IMG/VR virus record: IMGVR_UViG_3300009537_000009
Coordinates: 1-60,801 of that record
DNA: 60,801 nucleotides
Source: a virus
Lineage: Duplodnaviria; Caudoviricetes
Direction: 5' to 3' (one strand)
The stretch's first letter is position 1. Each line of letters opens with the position of its first letter. Below the pieces are notes generated by a model. That model did not search any database and was not told the origin of the DNA. It worked only from the letters and a program-made list of their open reading frames with translations. Of this stretch, positions 8,719 to 16,028 are shown one piece after another. The translations under genes and the position numbers were made by a program.

Positions 8719-9326
8719 ACCTTGACTCCCTTCAGAAAATTTATTTCTGCCTTGATGGATTTATCAGTTATTGTATCTTCAATTACCAACCGCTCCCACG
8801 GAGTATCGTGACATCCACGATGACCGGCCTTTCCGATGGGACAAGTTCCGCAATTCAAACCGCTCCTTAAACAGAATCCGTAAGTACCAGCATACAGATC
8901 GTGCTGGTCTTTACGTGACAAGTCACCAGCCTCCAGAAGAAGCTCATACTTACGAATCGTAAGCATCTTTACTACCCACCATGGAAGCCGGTGGAATTCC
9001 TTATACCTATACTCCACAAGTCTTGTGTATTCATGGAAAGTTCCAACCCCCCATAGTTTTTGTACGAATCTAGTCTCCAGCACCATTGGGTTCTCCATGA
9101 GGCTCGCGTATACTCGGCTCCAAAAGTTAAGACCCTCTCGTGTATCGCTCCACATAAAACCCCCATAAATTCCTGTAGCCGGTGGTTTACTGTGCATAGC
9201 TTTGTGGATAGAGACATCGTGCTCGTATATAGTGGCCTGTCCCATGCCGTATGTATTATCTATGTAAGACGCCAACTTTTCTACTCTTGATTTCATTTCA
9301 AATCTCCGGTTCTGTTGTTGAAACAT
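8715..9326 (-). CDS. Cys-rich hypothetical protein (probable start 9296)
   Basis: CGTCPIGKAGHRGCHDTPW. Confidence 0.7.
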   Translation of the reverse strand: MFQQQNRRFEMKSRVEKLASYIDNTYGMGQATIYEHDVSIHKAMHSKPPATGIYGGFMWSDTREGLNFWSRVYASLMENPMVLETRFVQKLWGVGTFHEYTRLVEYRYKEFHRLPWWVVKMLTIRKYELLLEAGDLSRKDQHDLYAGTYGFCLRSGLNCGTCPIGKAGHRGCHDTPWERLVIEDTITDKSIKAEINFLKGVKV

Positions 9327-9516
9327 CCAATCGTATGGTTGTATTTTTCCATGTTTGGAATTCGACCATACAGTGGTTGGTATGTGGTGGTTCTACGTAC
9401 CACATTCTTGGACACCCCATCTGTATTAACCTGTTCCTCATTACCTCCCAGTTTGGAGTTCTAAGGGCACACGCAGAGTTATCTGTTACGTTAGTAACTG
9501 TTAGTTTATAGAACAT
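9298..9516 (-). CDS. Hypothetical protein
   Basis: GAGGT RBS before ATG 9516; preceded by palindrome. Confidence 0.6.
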   Translation of the reverse strand: MFYKLTVTNVTDNSACALRTPNWEVMRNRLIQMGCPRMWYVEPPHTNHCMVEFQTWKNTTIRLDVSTTEPEI

Positions 9517-9532
9517 AGTCTTACCTCTTGAA

Positions 9533-9552
9533 ACTGTAAACAAGTTTACACT
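9533..9552. promoter_or_regulatory. 20-bp palindrome copy 2
   Basis: ACTGTAAAC-AA-GTTTACACT. Confidence 0.8.
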
Positions 9553-9757
9553 TAGTGATAGAAATTACCACTCTCATATAGAAAAACAGTCTTAATCTTC
9601 ACTTCATATACTCATACCTCATCTAAAGGTTATACACCTTTCAAGTTGCGGTATATCCTTATATTACCCTCACCCCATTGCATCGCTACGTTCTCTAGCG
9701 CGACGCGAATAACTGTGCAAAGGGCGGTGGTCGCGCTGGCGGCGAGCGTTGGTTAAG

Positions 9758-10003
9758 TCAGTCATTAACTGTGAAGCCGCGAAAGTATTTTTTCGCGCAA
9801 GTTGGACCGACCGGGAAAAAGCCCATATAACCTGGGTCATTCGGATCAGGCCCTAGACCGGGAGCGGCTACTGAAGACCCGCCGTCGATCACTTCGATGT
9901 ATTTCGGGTAATCTCCTACCGGTCGGTCACAAACGGCGCATCTTGTGATGTCGTCGTGTAGTGGGTTTTCGGCCCAGACCATGGGTATGGTTGCTGCTGT
10001 CAT
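9758..10003 (-). CDS. Small Cys-containing hypothetical protein
   Basis: CAVC...GPTCA; AGGAG RBS. Confidence 0.6.
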   Translation of the reverse strand: MTAATIPMVWAENPLHDDITRCAVCDRPVGDYPKYIEVIDGGSSVAAPGLGPDPNDPGYMGFFPVGPTCAKKYFRGFTVND

Positions 10004-10035
10004 GGTTCATTCTCCTGCCGCCCTTGCGGGCGGCG

Positions 10036-10317
10036 TTAGCTGGTTCTGATAATGTATACAAAGTCCCTGAAGGATACACCATCTGGACACTTTGCCCTAA
10101 TGTTATCCATTTCTCCGTACTCTTTCAGACTCTCCAGAGTCCTTGGAGTGCAGTCAGGACATACTGCATATGAACCAATCAGGATACCGCCTGTTTCCTC
10201 ACTGTCTGTGTAATCCTTATTGCAGTAGTCACACAGAACCCTGTCTCCAGGATCAACGGTGATAACTTCACAGTTTCCAAAGATTGGATGTATTCCGGGT
10301 TGAGAAGTAGTTTTCAT
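10036..10317 (-). CDS. Zinc-finger hypothetical protein
   Basis: CDYC...CPDC. Confidence 0.7.
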   Translation of the reverse strand: MKTTSQPGIHPIFGNCEVITVDPGDRVLCDYCNKDYTDSEETGGILIGSYAVCPDCTPRTLESLKEYGEMDNIRAKCPDGVSFRDFVYIIRTS

Positions 10318-10340
10318 TTGGGTACCTTTAGGTAAGTAAA

Positions 10341-10360
10341 ACTGTAAACTTGTTTACAGT
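10341..10360. promoter_or_regulatory. 20-bp palindrome copy 3
   Basis: ACTGTAAAC-TT-GTTTACAGT. Confidence 0.85.
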
Positions 10361-10363
10361 TGT

Positions 10364-11659
10364 TTAGGAGGCTTCAATTAACTTAACACATAGTTGCAGA
10401 ATCGCATCCTGAAATTCTCGTGTAAAGTCTTTTGAGCCGGTGTTGCGATGGAGCACCTCTTCAAGAACGGTTACCATCAAATCACTATTGCCCCTGTCGA
10501 AGGCACGTTGCCCGATCACTATTCTGTCTTTTTGGGTAGCATACATTCCCAATATCCCCTTCTCAAAAAACTCACCCAAGTGGAATTTGTCTATGGGTAC
10601 GTTAATGTCTGCTCGTTCACGCAATGTATTGAGTATCTTCTCCAGCCTACCCCTTTGCATTTCTGTAAACTCTCCCTGCACATACTCCTCATGCTCATCA
10701 AAAGTTCTCGCTGGACGGTTGATCACACCCGAGAGATTGCTTCTCTGAAGAAACTCTATCATTTCTCTTGATGCACAAACACCTATTGACAACTCATCAG
10801 CGGTTAGAATAGGCACCTCATGAGGTAAGTAAAGAACGAGTCTTCCTATTAATCCTGCCCACTCTCCCGAAAACTCCAGATCATCTAAATATGGGAGGTG
10901 TCCGTGAGTACTGAACATAGAAATCATATGCCTTATTACCTGTTCTTGGTCACAGGCGGCAAACAGCCTCCAGAATTGTCTATCGTTTTCTGGTGAGTAT
11001 GTCAACTCTCTCGATTCATTTATATCAGAATTGAACAAGTCAATATCATATGTGATATACATACCAACATACCTTCGTACACTATCTCCTACCCTAATTC
11101 CTTGTCGATAAATCTTGCCAATGTTTTTGTCAGCGGGTAAATAAATTGACCCGACATCCGGAAGATTGAATATTGGTAATCTGTTAGTCAGGAAATACTC
11201 ATTAAACTTATTGAGAGTATCACGTATATGTGTTTCCAGTATGTATACCCGAGTCACTCCCGCCTTACCGCGTATATTCTGAGGAGAAATATTTCTCACC
11301 AAAACATCACCACCTGCATCAATTGCGTTGCAGTATATCTCTCTAACTGCCATCCATTCCTCCCACTCCGGTCCCGCGTCTGTCGTCAGGGATGTAGTGT
11401 GCCCATCGATAATGATCTGCTTGAATGTTTCTGTTCCGAGAGTTGTGGTTTGGTAGCTGAAGATAATCTCACGCTCACCGCTAAACACGCGGAAGGGCGT
11501 ACCATTTCTCATCAGCCATGCGACCGCAAAACAGGCCCCACTGCCAAACCTCCCTATCTTATTTTGTTGTCCACGTTTGGTGGACGCCCCTAATAAAACG
11601 AAAGCGTTGTTTTCAACCTCGCCCTCGTTTTCTATACATAACCACCCGTTAATATTCAT
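10364..11659 (-). CDS. GHKL (Hsp90/MORC-like) ATPase-domain protein with C-terminal metallopeptidase-like motif
   Basis: LLGASTK...IGRFGSG, REIYCNAIDAG; C-terminal LEEVLH...DFTREFQ. Confidence 0.7.
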   Translation of the reverse strand: MNINGWLCIENEGEVENNAFVLLGASTKRGQQNKIGRFGSGACFAVAWLMRNGTPFRVFSGEREIIFSYQTTTLGTETFKQIIIDGHTTSLTTDAGPEWEEWMAVREIYCNAIDAGGDVLVRNISPQNIRGKAGVTRVYILETHIRDTLNKFNEYFLTNRLPIFNLPDVGSIYLPADKNIGKIYRQGIRVGDSVRRYVGMYITYDIDLFNSDINESRELTYSPENDRQFWRLFAACDQEQVIRHMISMFSTHGHLPYLDDLEFSGEWAGLIGRLVLYLPHEVPILTADELSIGVCASREMIEFLQRSNLSGVINRPARTFDEHEEYVQGEFTEMQRGRLEKILNTLRERADINVPIDKFHLGEFFEKGILGMYATQKDRIVIGQRAFDRGNSDLMVTVLEEVLHRNTGSKDFTREFQDAILQLCVKLIEAS

Positions 11660-11683
11660 TGAGTTATCCTAATAGGTTTTAGT

Positions 11684-11703
11684 ACTGTAAACGTGTTTAC
11701 AGT
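11684..11703. promoter_or_regulatory. 20-bp palindrome copy 4
   Basis: ACTGTAAAC-GT-GTTTACAGT. Confidence 0.85.
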
Positions 11704-11749
11704 CGGTTAAAATTACCAAATTGCAGTAAATCCGCAACCTGATAGTACT

Positions 11750-11771
11750 AAAAAAGGGGCCGAAGCCCCTT
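11750..11771 (-). terminator. Intrinsic terminator
   Basis: Minus strand GGGGC-TTCG-GCCCC followed by TTTTTT. Confidence 0.85.
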
Positions 11772-11776
11772 GCATT

Positions 11777-12067
11777 TTAGTCCGGGAAGAGGGGTTGGGT
11801 CGCCGTCCCCCATATTTCTACCGATCCGCTCGGGGTTGGCATAACTTCTCCAGCCGCGTCGAGCAGCCAGTAGAAATCTTTGCCCTCTACAGTGGTAGGA
11901 TCGATGGCTTCCATGTCCCGTGCCGCCCTCGCGGTGAAGGCGGCTCGATTTATGGGGTTGGTTATACTATCCCTGATAAGATCGGCAACATTTACCAGGT
12001 CGTTCCATTCCGGGTATGTAAACCACGGAGAATGGCCTGAATCAGTTAACAGTTCTCTAACGTTCAT
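11777..12067 (-). CDS. Hypothetical protein
   Basis: ORF with GAGG RBS. Confidence 0.65.
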   Translation of the reverse strand: MNVRELLTDSGHSPWFTYPEWNDLVNVADLIRDSITNPINRAAFTARAARDMEAIDPTTVEGKDFYWLLDAAGEVMPTPSGSVEIWGTATQPLFPD

Positions 12068-12112
12068 AGTCTTGCCTCATATAAGAGTGTGAAGGGTCGA
12101 AGCCCCTTTGGT

Positions 12113-12466
12113 TTAGTTGCGGGATCGCAACGATTTTATTCGGTACACATTGTACCGCGCCGCTTCCGCATTGCAGATACCCGCCAAGAGATAGACTTTA
12201 ATCCCAAGACGGACAAATCCCCTCGCGTGTCTGATAGGCCAGTTGGCTTGCCGTGCCAACTTCTTCGCATACTCTTCCTTATACTCTCCGAGAAGAGAAT
12301 ATCCTCGATCTGTTTCGGTCCATTCGATTGTCCCGGACTTATCCCCTTCTCCAAGGGATGCGGTAAGATCAGCGAGAGCCTGATAATGCCATTGGGAGGC
12401 ATTAAATAGATGGGTGCCGGACTCTTGAAGAAAGAAGGATTGATCCGGGGTCATTTTCTGTTTCAT
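12113..12466 (-). CDS. Hypothetical protein, paralog of 12565-13074
   Basis: Shared LQ.GT.LFN...Y.A.A..T...G.GDK.GT..W block. Confidence 0.75.
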   Translation of the reverse strand: MKQKMTPDQSFFLQESGTHLFNASQWHYQALADLTASLGEGDKSGTIEWTETDRGYSLLGEYKEEYAKKLARQANWPIRHARGFVRLGIKVYLLAGICNAEAARYNVYRIKSLRSRN

Positions 12467-12489
12467 AATAGAACCTCATGGGTAGTGAA

Positions 12490-12509
12490 ACTGTAAACGT
12501 GTTTACAGT
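12490..12509. promoter_or_regulatory. 20-bp palindrome copy 5
   Basis: ACTGTAAAC-GT-GTTTACAGT. Confidence 0.85.
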
Positions 12510-12564
12510 GATAGCAACATGCTATCCCAATACCCGCCATCCAGGCGGGTATGGAGTTAGAATG

Positions 12565-13074
12565 TTAGACTGTTTCCAGCTTGGACTGGAGAAGTTTAAT
12601 CATTCCCTGGAGCTCCTTCTTGGTCCACTTCCCATCCCTGAGACGAGCGCACTCTTTTAAGTAGCTCGAAGGAGCCGGGCCTTTTGCCTGAGCTTCCTTT
12701 TTCTTTTTCGTTGCGGCATCCCTTGCCTTACGAATCTTGGTCAGGATATCCATGCACATAGCAGCATTGGCGACGCCTACCTTGAGGTAGACATCTGTTG
12801 CCTGAGTGACATAAACACGGGCAGTGGACCATTTGAAGCCACTGGATTCTGCCACCACGTCGATCATGGCGCTTTTATATTTAGTGTCGAGTGACCACTG
12901 TTTACCGCGTTGTCCTTTTTTCCATTTGGTGGTGCCGTCTTTATCACCAGCACCAATGGCAGAAGTTACTTCCGCGATAGCGCAGTATGTCAGCCCTTCT
13001 CCGTTGAACAGGTTAGTTCCAGCTTGTTGAAGGTGAAACACTACGTCATCACTTAGTAGGATTGATTTACTCAT
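12565..13074 (-). CDS. Basic hypothetical protein, possible helix-turn-helix DNA binder
   Basis: VVAESSGFKWSTARVYV resembles an HTH; Lys-rich. Confidence 0.7.
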   Translation of the reverse strand: MSKSILLSDDVVFHLQQAGTNLFNGEGLTYCAIAEVTSAIGAGDKDGTTKWKKGQRGKQWSLDTKYKSAMIDVVAESSGFKWSTARVYVTQATDVYLKVGVANAAMCMDILTKIRKARDAATKKKKEAQAKGPAPSSYLKECARLRDGKWTKKELQGMIKLLQSKLETV

Positions 13075-13135
13075 TGCTTTAACCTATCGGGTTGGTTGAT
13101 GGGACTGGAGGGCTTGAAAGACACCAGTGAATCAG

Positions 13136-13155
13136 ACTGTAAACCTGTTTACAGT
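13136..13155. promoter_or_regulatory. 20-bp palindrome copy 6
   Basis: ACTGTAAAC-CT-GTTTACAGT. Confidence 0.85.
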
Positions 13156-13415
13156 TCTTTTCCCCAGCGCCTAGCCTATCCAGCACCTATATTATACTGT
13201 GAGGGGGCTGATAGGGTTCCTGTTGATCTGAAACGACAATCCAGCTTTAGATGGAACGATCCACGGCCCCCTACACGGGTATATAAAACACCCTTCCCTC
13301 ACACACACACCATTTTTCTCTATAATTTTTTGGGAAAAATTTGTGATATTCTGGTTACGATTTGTTAATGAATGTATGATTGTACGTCCATGTGGGGAGT
13401 CCCTGACATTGACAA

Positions 13416-13424
13416 TGTTATAAT
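13416..13424 (+). promoter_or_regulatory. Extended -10 promoter upstream of terS
   Basis: TGTTATAAT. Confidence 0.55.
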
Positions 13425-13434
13425 ATACTTATGA

Positions 13435-13908
13435 ATGTATTTTATGGGGAAGGAAGTGGCTAGTAGACCAAATAAGTATAGGAGAGCCTGGAATCAGGCA
13501 ACCATCCCACTGGTAAGAGAGTTGATGGAGAATGGTGGTTCTATCGTGGAGGCATGTAGAATCATGGGAATTAGCAGGGTGACCCACTATCGGTGGATGA
13601 AATGCCCTACAAAAGCAGCATATAGCCGCGCTATGAGTGATCTTCTGGATGCTTCCGAGGCTTGGTGGATGAGGCAGGGGAGAGAGAATGTTGGAAACAG
13701 AAGTTTTAATACCCAGTTATTCAATCTCAATATGGTCAATAGGTTCAAGTGGAACTCTGCCCAATCAGAACAGACGCGGAACGTCTCCGAGAAGAGGAAG
13801 GTTACTGTCGATATTCGTAAAGCTATCGACGAGTCGGAGGAAAAAAATGAGGAGCAACACGGAGAGGTTATTCCTTTGTTGAAGAAAGTAGTTGACAATG
13901 GGGAATAG
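13435..13908 (+). CDS. Terminase small subunit (putative)
   Basis: HTH GGSIVEACRIMGISRVTHYRW, SEAWW..GR, MVNRFKW; first rightward late gene. Confidence 0.75.
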   Translation: MYFMGKEVASRPNKYRRAWNQATIPLVRELMENGGSIVEACRIMGISRVTHYRWMKCPTKAAYSRAMSDLLDASEAWWMRQGRENVGNRSFNTQLFNLNMVNRFKWNSAQSEQTRNVSEKRKVTVDIRKAIDESEEKNEEQHGEVIPLLKKVVDNGE

Positions 13909-13919
13909 TGTGGTATAAT
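13892..13919 (+). promoter_or_regulatory. Consensus sigma70 promoter of the RNA island
   Basis: TTGACA 13892-13897, 16-nt spacer, TGgTATAAT ending 13919. Confidence 0.9.
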
Positions 13920-13926
13920 GGTCCCA

Positions 13927-14047
13927 GGTTGCGTAGTTTAATGGCAAAACACTAAAAACACTATTTCTACCTATTGCTTTCCAAGCCGCTTGAGATGGTT
14001 TATCATTCGCTAAATGAGTGATGCGGGTTCGATTCCCGCCGCAACCG
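13927..14047 (+). ncRNA. tRNA-like RNA with ~70-nt expanded anticodon region; Y RNA (YrlA)-like candidate
   Basis: Acceptor GGTTGCG/CGCAACC, D arm, T arm GCGGG-TTCGATT-CCCGC, no CCA; inner helix ACTATTTC/GAGATGGT and bulged-C helix TGCTT/AAGC(C)G. Confidence 0.65.
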
Positions 14048-14056
14048 ACTTATTAC

Positions 14057-14131
14057 GGGGGATGGGCAGAGCACCCGGAGAATCCTTGCAAGATTCTAGC
14101 CTGATCAGTTTGAGTCTGATACCCTCCACCA
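14057..14131 (+). tRNA. tRNA-Ala(TGC)
   Basis: GAATC-CTTGCAA-GATTC, G3:U70, ACCA end. Confidence 0.85.
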
Positions 14132-14200
14132 GTTTAGCGTCCGAAGTGTGTAGGTTACCACCAAAGATATTGCTTGATACTCCTATGTACGATCACTTGA

Positions 14201-14276
14201 CGCTCTATCGTATAACGGCTATTATTCCGGACTCTTAATCCGTGTGATCCAGGTTCGAATCCTGGTGGGGCGACCA
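14201..14276 (+). tRNA. tRNA-Lys(CTT)
   Basis: CGGA-CTCTTAA-TCCG, TTCGAAT loop, CCA. Confidence 0.9.
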
Positions 14277-14290
14277 ATCATGGAGGAACT

Positions 14291-14572
14291 ATGCAGTACA
14301 GTTTTCTAATACTGCTTATAACATTTTTGATAATGTTAATCATTCTGATAGTGGATGATTGGCGGAAAACACTGCTTATAGAGGAATATAAGGTACTATC
14401 ACGAGTGTGGTCGCAAGAATCCTCACTGCTGGATGAGTACAGAAAGAAGTCGAGGGTATGGTTACATGGCGACTATCCTATTCTCAAGGATAGCGAGGTC
14501 ACCAAGGAAAGGCGAAGGGTTCTGCACAAGATGGCAGAAGATCGCAGGAAAGGAACTCATAATAGAGCGTAG
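14291..14572 (+). CDS. Membrane-anchored hypothetical protein
   Basis: GGAGG RBS, N-terminal hydrophobic helix; stop codon inside tRNA-Cys. Confidence 0.7.
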   Translation: MQYSFLILLITFLIMLIILIVDDWRKTLLIEEYKVLSRVWSQESSLLDEYRKKSRVWLHGDYPILKDSEVTKERRRVLHKMAEDRRKGTHNRA

Positions 14573-14637
14573 AGGTCGATTGGATAAACGGGTGTCTGCA
14601 AAACACTCACAAGCTGGTTCGATTCCAGTCTACGCTT
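14566..14637 (+). tRNA. tRNA-Cys(GCA)
   Basis: GGTGT-CTGCAAA-ACACT, U73; followed by CCG running into next tRNA. Confidence 0.85.
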
Positions 14638-14639
14638 CC

Positions 14640-14713
14640 GGTCTGTTAGTTTAGTGGTAAAACATTGGTCTGTCTAACCTTTGTCAAGGGTTCGATTCCC
14701 TTACAGATCGCCA
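14640..14713 (+). tRNA. tRNA-Asp(GTC)
   Basis: GGT-CTGTCTA-ACC, G73, CCA. Confidence 0.85.
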
Positions 14714-14719
14714 AATTAC

Positions 14720-14807
14720 GGGGGTGCTGGTATGCGCCTTATCAATTCTTGCTCTATTGAGCCGAAGATACAGGCTTATCTTGGTTCGACTCCAAGTACC
14801 CCCTCCT
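14720..14807 (+). tRNA. Atypical tRNA-like gene, undetermined anticodon (9-nt loop, long variable arm)
   Basis: Acceptor GGGGGTG/TACCCCC, T arm CTTGG-TTCGACT-CCAAG, TCAAT-TCTTGCTCT-ATTGA. Confidence 0.6.
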
Positions 14808-14811
14808 ATAT

Positions 14812-14901
14812 GGATTGTGCAAGTAAGTCAGCCTGGGGCTGAGAACGGCTGTAACCCGTTTCCTTATGGGCATGAGGTTCGATTCCTTCCACGATCCACC
14901 A
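14812..14901 (+). tRNA. tRNA-Tyr(GTA), atypical 8-bp acceptor
   Basis: AACGG-CTGTAAC-CCGTT; GGATTGTG/CACGATCC; A73, CCA. Confidence 0.8.
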
Positions 14902-14973
14902 CCCCTTGTGTTGGGGAAACAACCACCACTCCTAATGGGGGTATTACAGGTTCGAATCCTGTCGAGGGGTCCA
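14902..14973 (+). tRNA. tRNA-Arg(CCT)
   Basis: CCA-CTCCTAA-TGG; CCCCTTG/CGAGGGG; CCA. Confidence 0.8.
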
Positions 14974-14975
14974 AT

Positions 14976-15158
14976 ATGGAAAACAATTCAGGGTACGTCA
15001 AGGTTCTTGAAGAGAGGGCGGCAGAAGCCTCCATGTTCAAGAAAGAGTTGGAGTTTTTGAGATTTTTCTATGAAAGGTCGGATTTCAAGATGGCGATCAT
15101 GGAAGAGTATACCGCTCTAGGACACAAGGTTCCCTATGAATATGATGAGCCTAGCTGA
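14976..15158 (+). CDS. Small hypothetical protein (60 aa)
   Basis: ATG 14976; SD-like GAGGGG lies in tRNA-Arg 3' end; stop inside tRNA-Ile. Confidence 0.6.
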   Translation: MENNSGYVKVLEERAAEASMFKKELEFLRFFYERSDFKMAIMEEYTALGHKVPYEYDEPS

Positions 15159-15222
15159 CTGATAGTCAGAGTGCGCCTGATAAGCGTACTGAAGCAAGGT
15201 TTGATTCCTTGAGGCTCAACCA
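15146..15222 (+). tRNA. tRNA-Ile(GAT)
   Basis: TGCGC-CTGATAA-GCGTA; TGAGCCT/AGGCTCA; ACCA. Confidence 0.85.
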
Positions 15223-15223
15223 A

Positions 15224-15300
15224 GCCGTGGTGGTGGAATTGGGATACACGCCAGTCTTAGAAACTGGTTCTTGAGAGTTCGAGTCTCTCCTGCGGTACCA
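15224..15300 (+). tRNA. tRNA-Leu(TAG), short variable arm
   Basis: CCAGT-CTTAGAA-ACTGG; 5-nt variable region; ACCA. Confidence 0.9.
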
Positions 15301-15305
15301 AATTA

Positions 15306-15383
15306 GTGTCCCTGACGGGAATTGGAATACCTGCCGGGCTTAAAACCCGGTGTTTCTCAGTTCGAATCTGAGTGCGAGTACCA
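15306..15383 (+). tRNA. tRNA-Leu(TAA), short variable arm, poorly paired acceptor (possible pseudogene)
   Basis: CCGGG-CTTAAAA-CCCGG and intact T arm; GTGTCCC vs TGCGAGT pair poorly. Confidence 0.65.
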
Positions 15384-15397
15384 TTCATTGGTGATTT

Positions 15398-15781
15398 GTG
15401 AGACATACAAAGAAGGATTTTGAGATAGACTGGTTTTCGGGTAGTGGTGCTGGCGGACAACATAGAAACAAACACCAGAACTGTTGCCGGATTACTCACA
15501 AGCAAACCGGGTTGAGGGCGCAGTCCACGAGTCACAGGGAAAGGTGGAAGAACCAGCGCGACGCATTCAACCGTTTAGCTGGGATGATAATTGCATCTGA
15601 TGATAAAAAGGAAAGAAGGGATTCCAATCATATTGTCAGAACATACAACTATGTTCGGGGCATTGCCACTGACGGGGTTATCGAAAAACCCTTGCATCCC
15701 GTAATAAACGGTGATATAATGGAGTTTATTGTTAACTCCTTATCTGGCAATAGACCAGATAGATTCACGGGCAGAATGTAA
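15398..15781 (+). CDS. Truncated class I peptide chain release factor-like protein (GGQ peptidyl-tRNA hydrolase domain)
   Basis: SGSGAGGQHRNK...CRITHKQTG...VRTYNY...NGDIMEFI, matching the C-terminal half of RF1/RF2. Confidence 0.9.
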   Translation: MRHTKKDFEIDWFSGSGAGGQHRNKHQNCCRITHKQTGLRAQSTSHRERWKNQRDAFNRLAGMIIASDDKKERRDSNHIVRTYNYVRGIATDGVIEKPLHPVINGDIMEFIVNSLSGNRPDRFTGRM

Positions 15782-15785
15782 CAAT

Positions 15786-15861
15786 GTATGCATAGCTTAA
15801 CCGGCAAAGCCCAAGGATGTGACCCTTGAAGATTCAGGTTCGAAGCCTGATGTATACCCCA
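15786..15861 (+). tRNA. tRNA-His(GTG), no encoded G-1
   Basis: CAAGG-ATGTGAC-CCTTG; C73; base -1 is T. Confidence 0.85.
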
Positions 15862-15862
15862 A

Positions 15863-15938
15863 GCAGTCTAGGCCGATCCGGCGATGGTTCTAGTCTTCCA
15901 AACTAGTGAGGTGGGTTCGACTCCCACAGGCTGCTCCA
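15863..15938 (+). tRNA. tRNA-Gly(TCC)
   Basis: CTAGT-CTTCCAA-ACTAG; U73, CCA. Confidence 0.9.
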
Positions 15939-15942
15939 ATTT

Positions 15943-16013
15943 CCCCCTGCTAATGGATAGAGGCAGGTCTTCTAAACCGGTCCTTGTGGGTTCGAATCCC
16001 TCCTGGGGGTCCA
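15943..16013 (+). tRNA. tRNA-Arg(TCT)
   Basis: GGT-CTTCTAA-ACC; compact D arm; CCA. Confidence 0.75.
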
Positions 16014-16028
16014 TATACAGAGAAAAGA

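Noticed and set aside
14137-14163. tRNA-like fragment gcgtccgaagtg...ccacca
   Set aside because: Too short, no anticodon or T arm; at most a remnant
14724-14975. N-terminal extensions of ORFs across tRNA genes (also 15984, 17477 and 19459 starts)
   Set aside because: They run through clear tRNA genes; downstream ATGs are better starts
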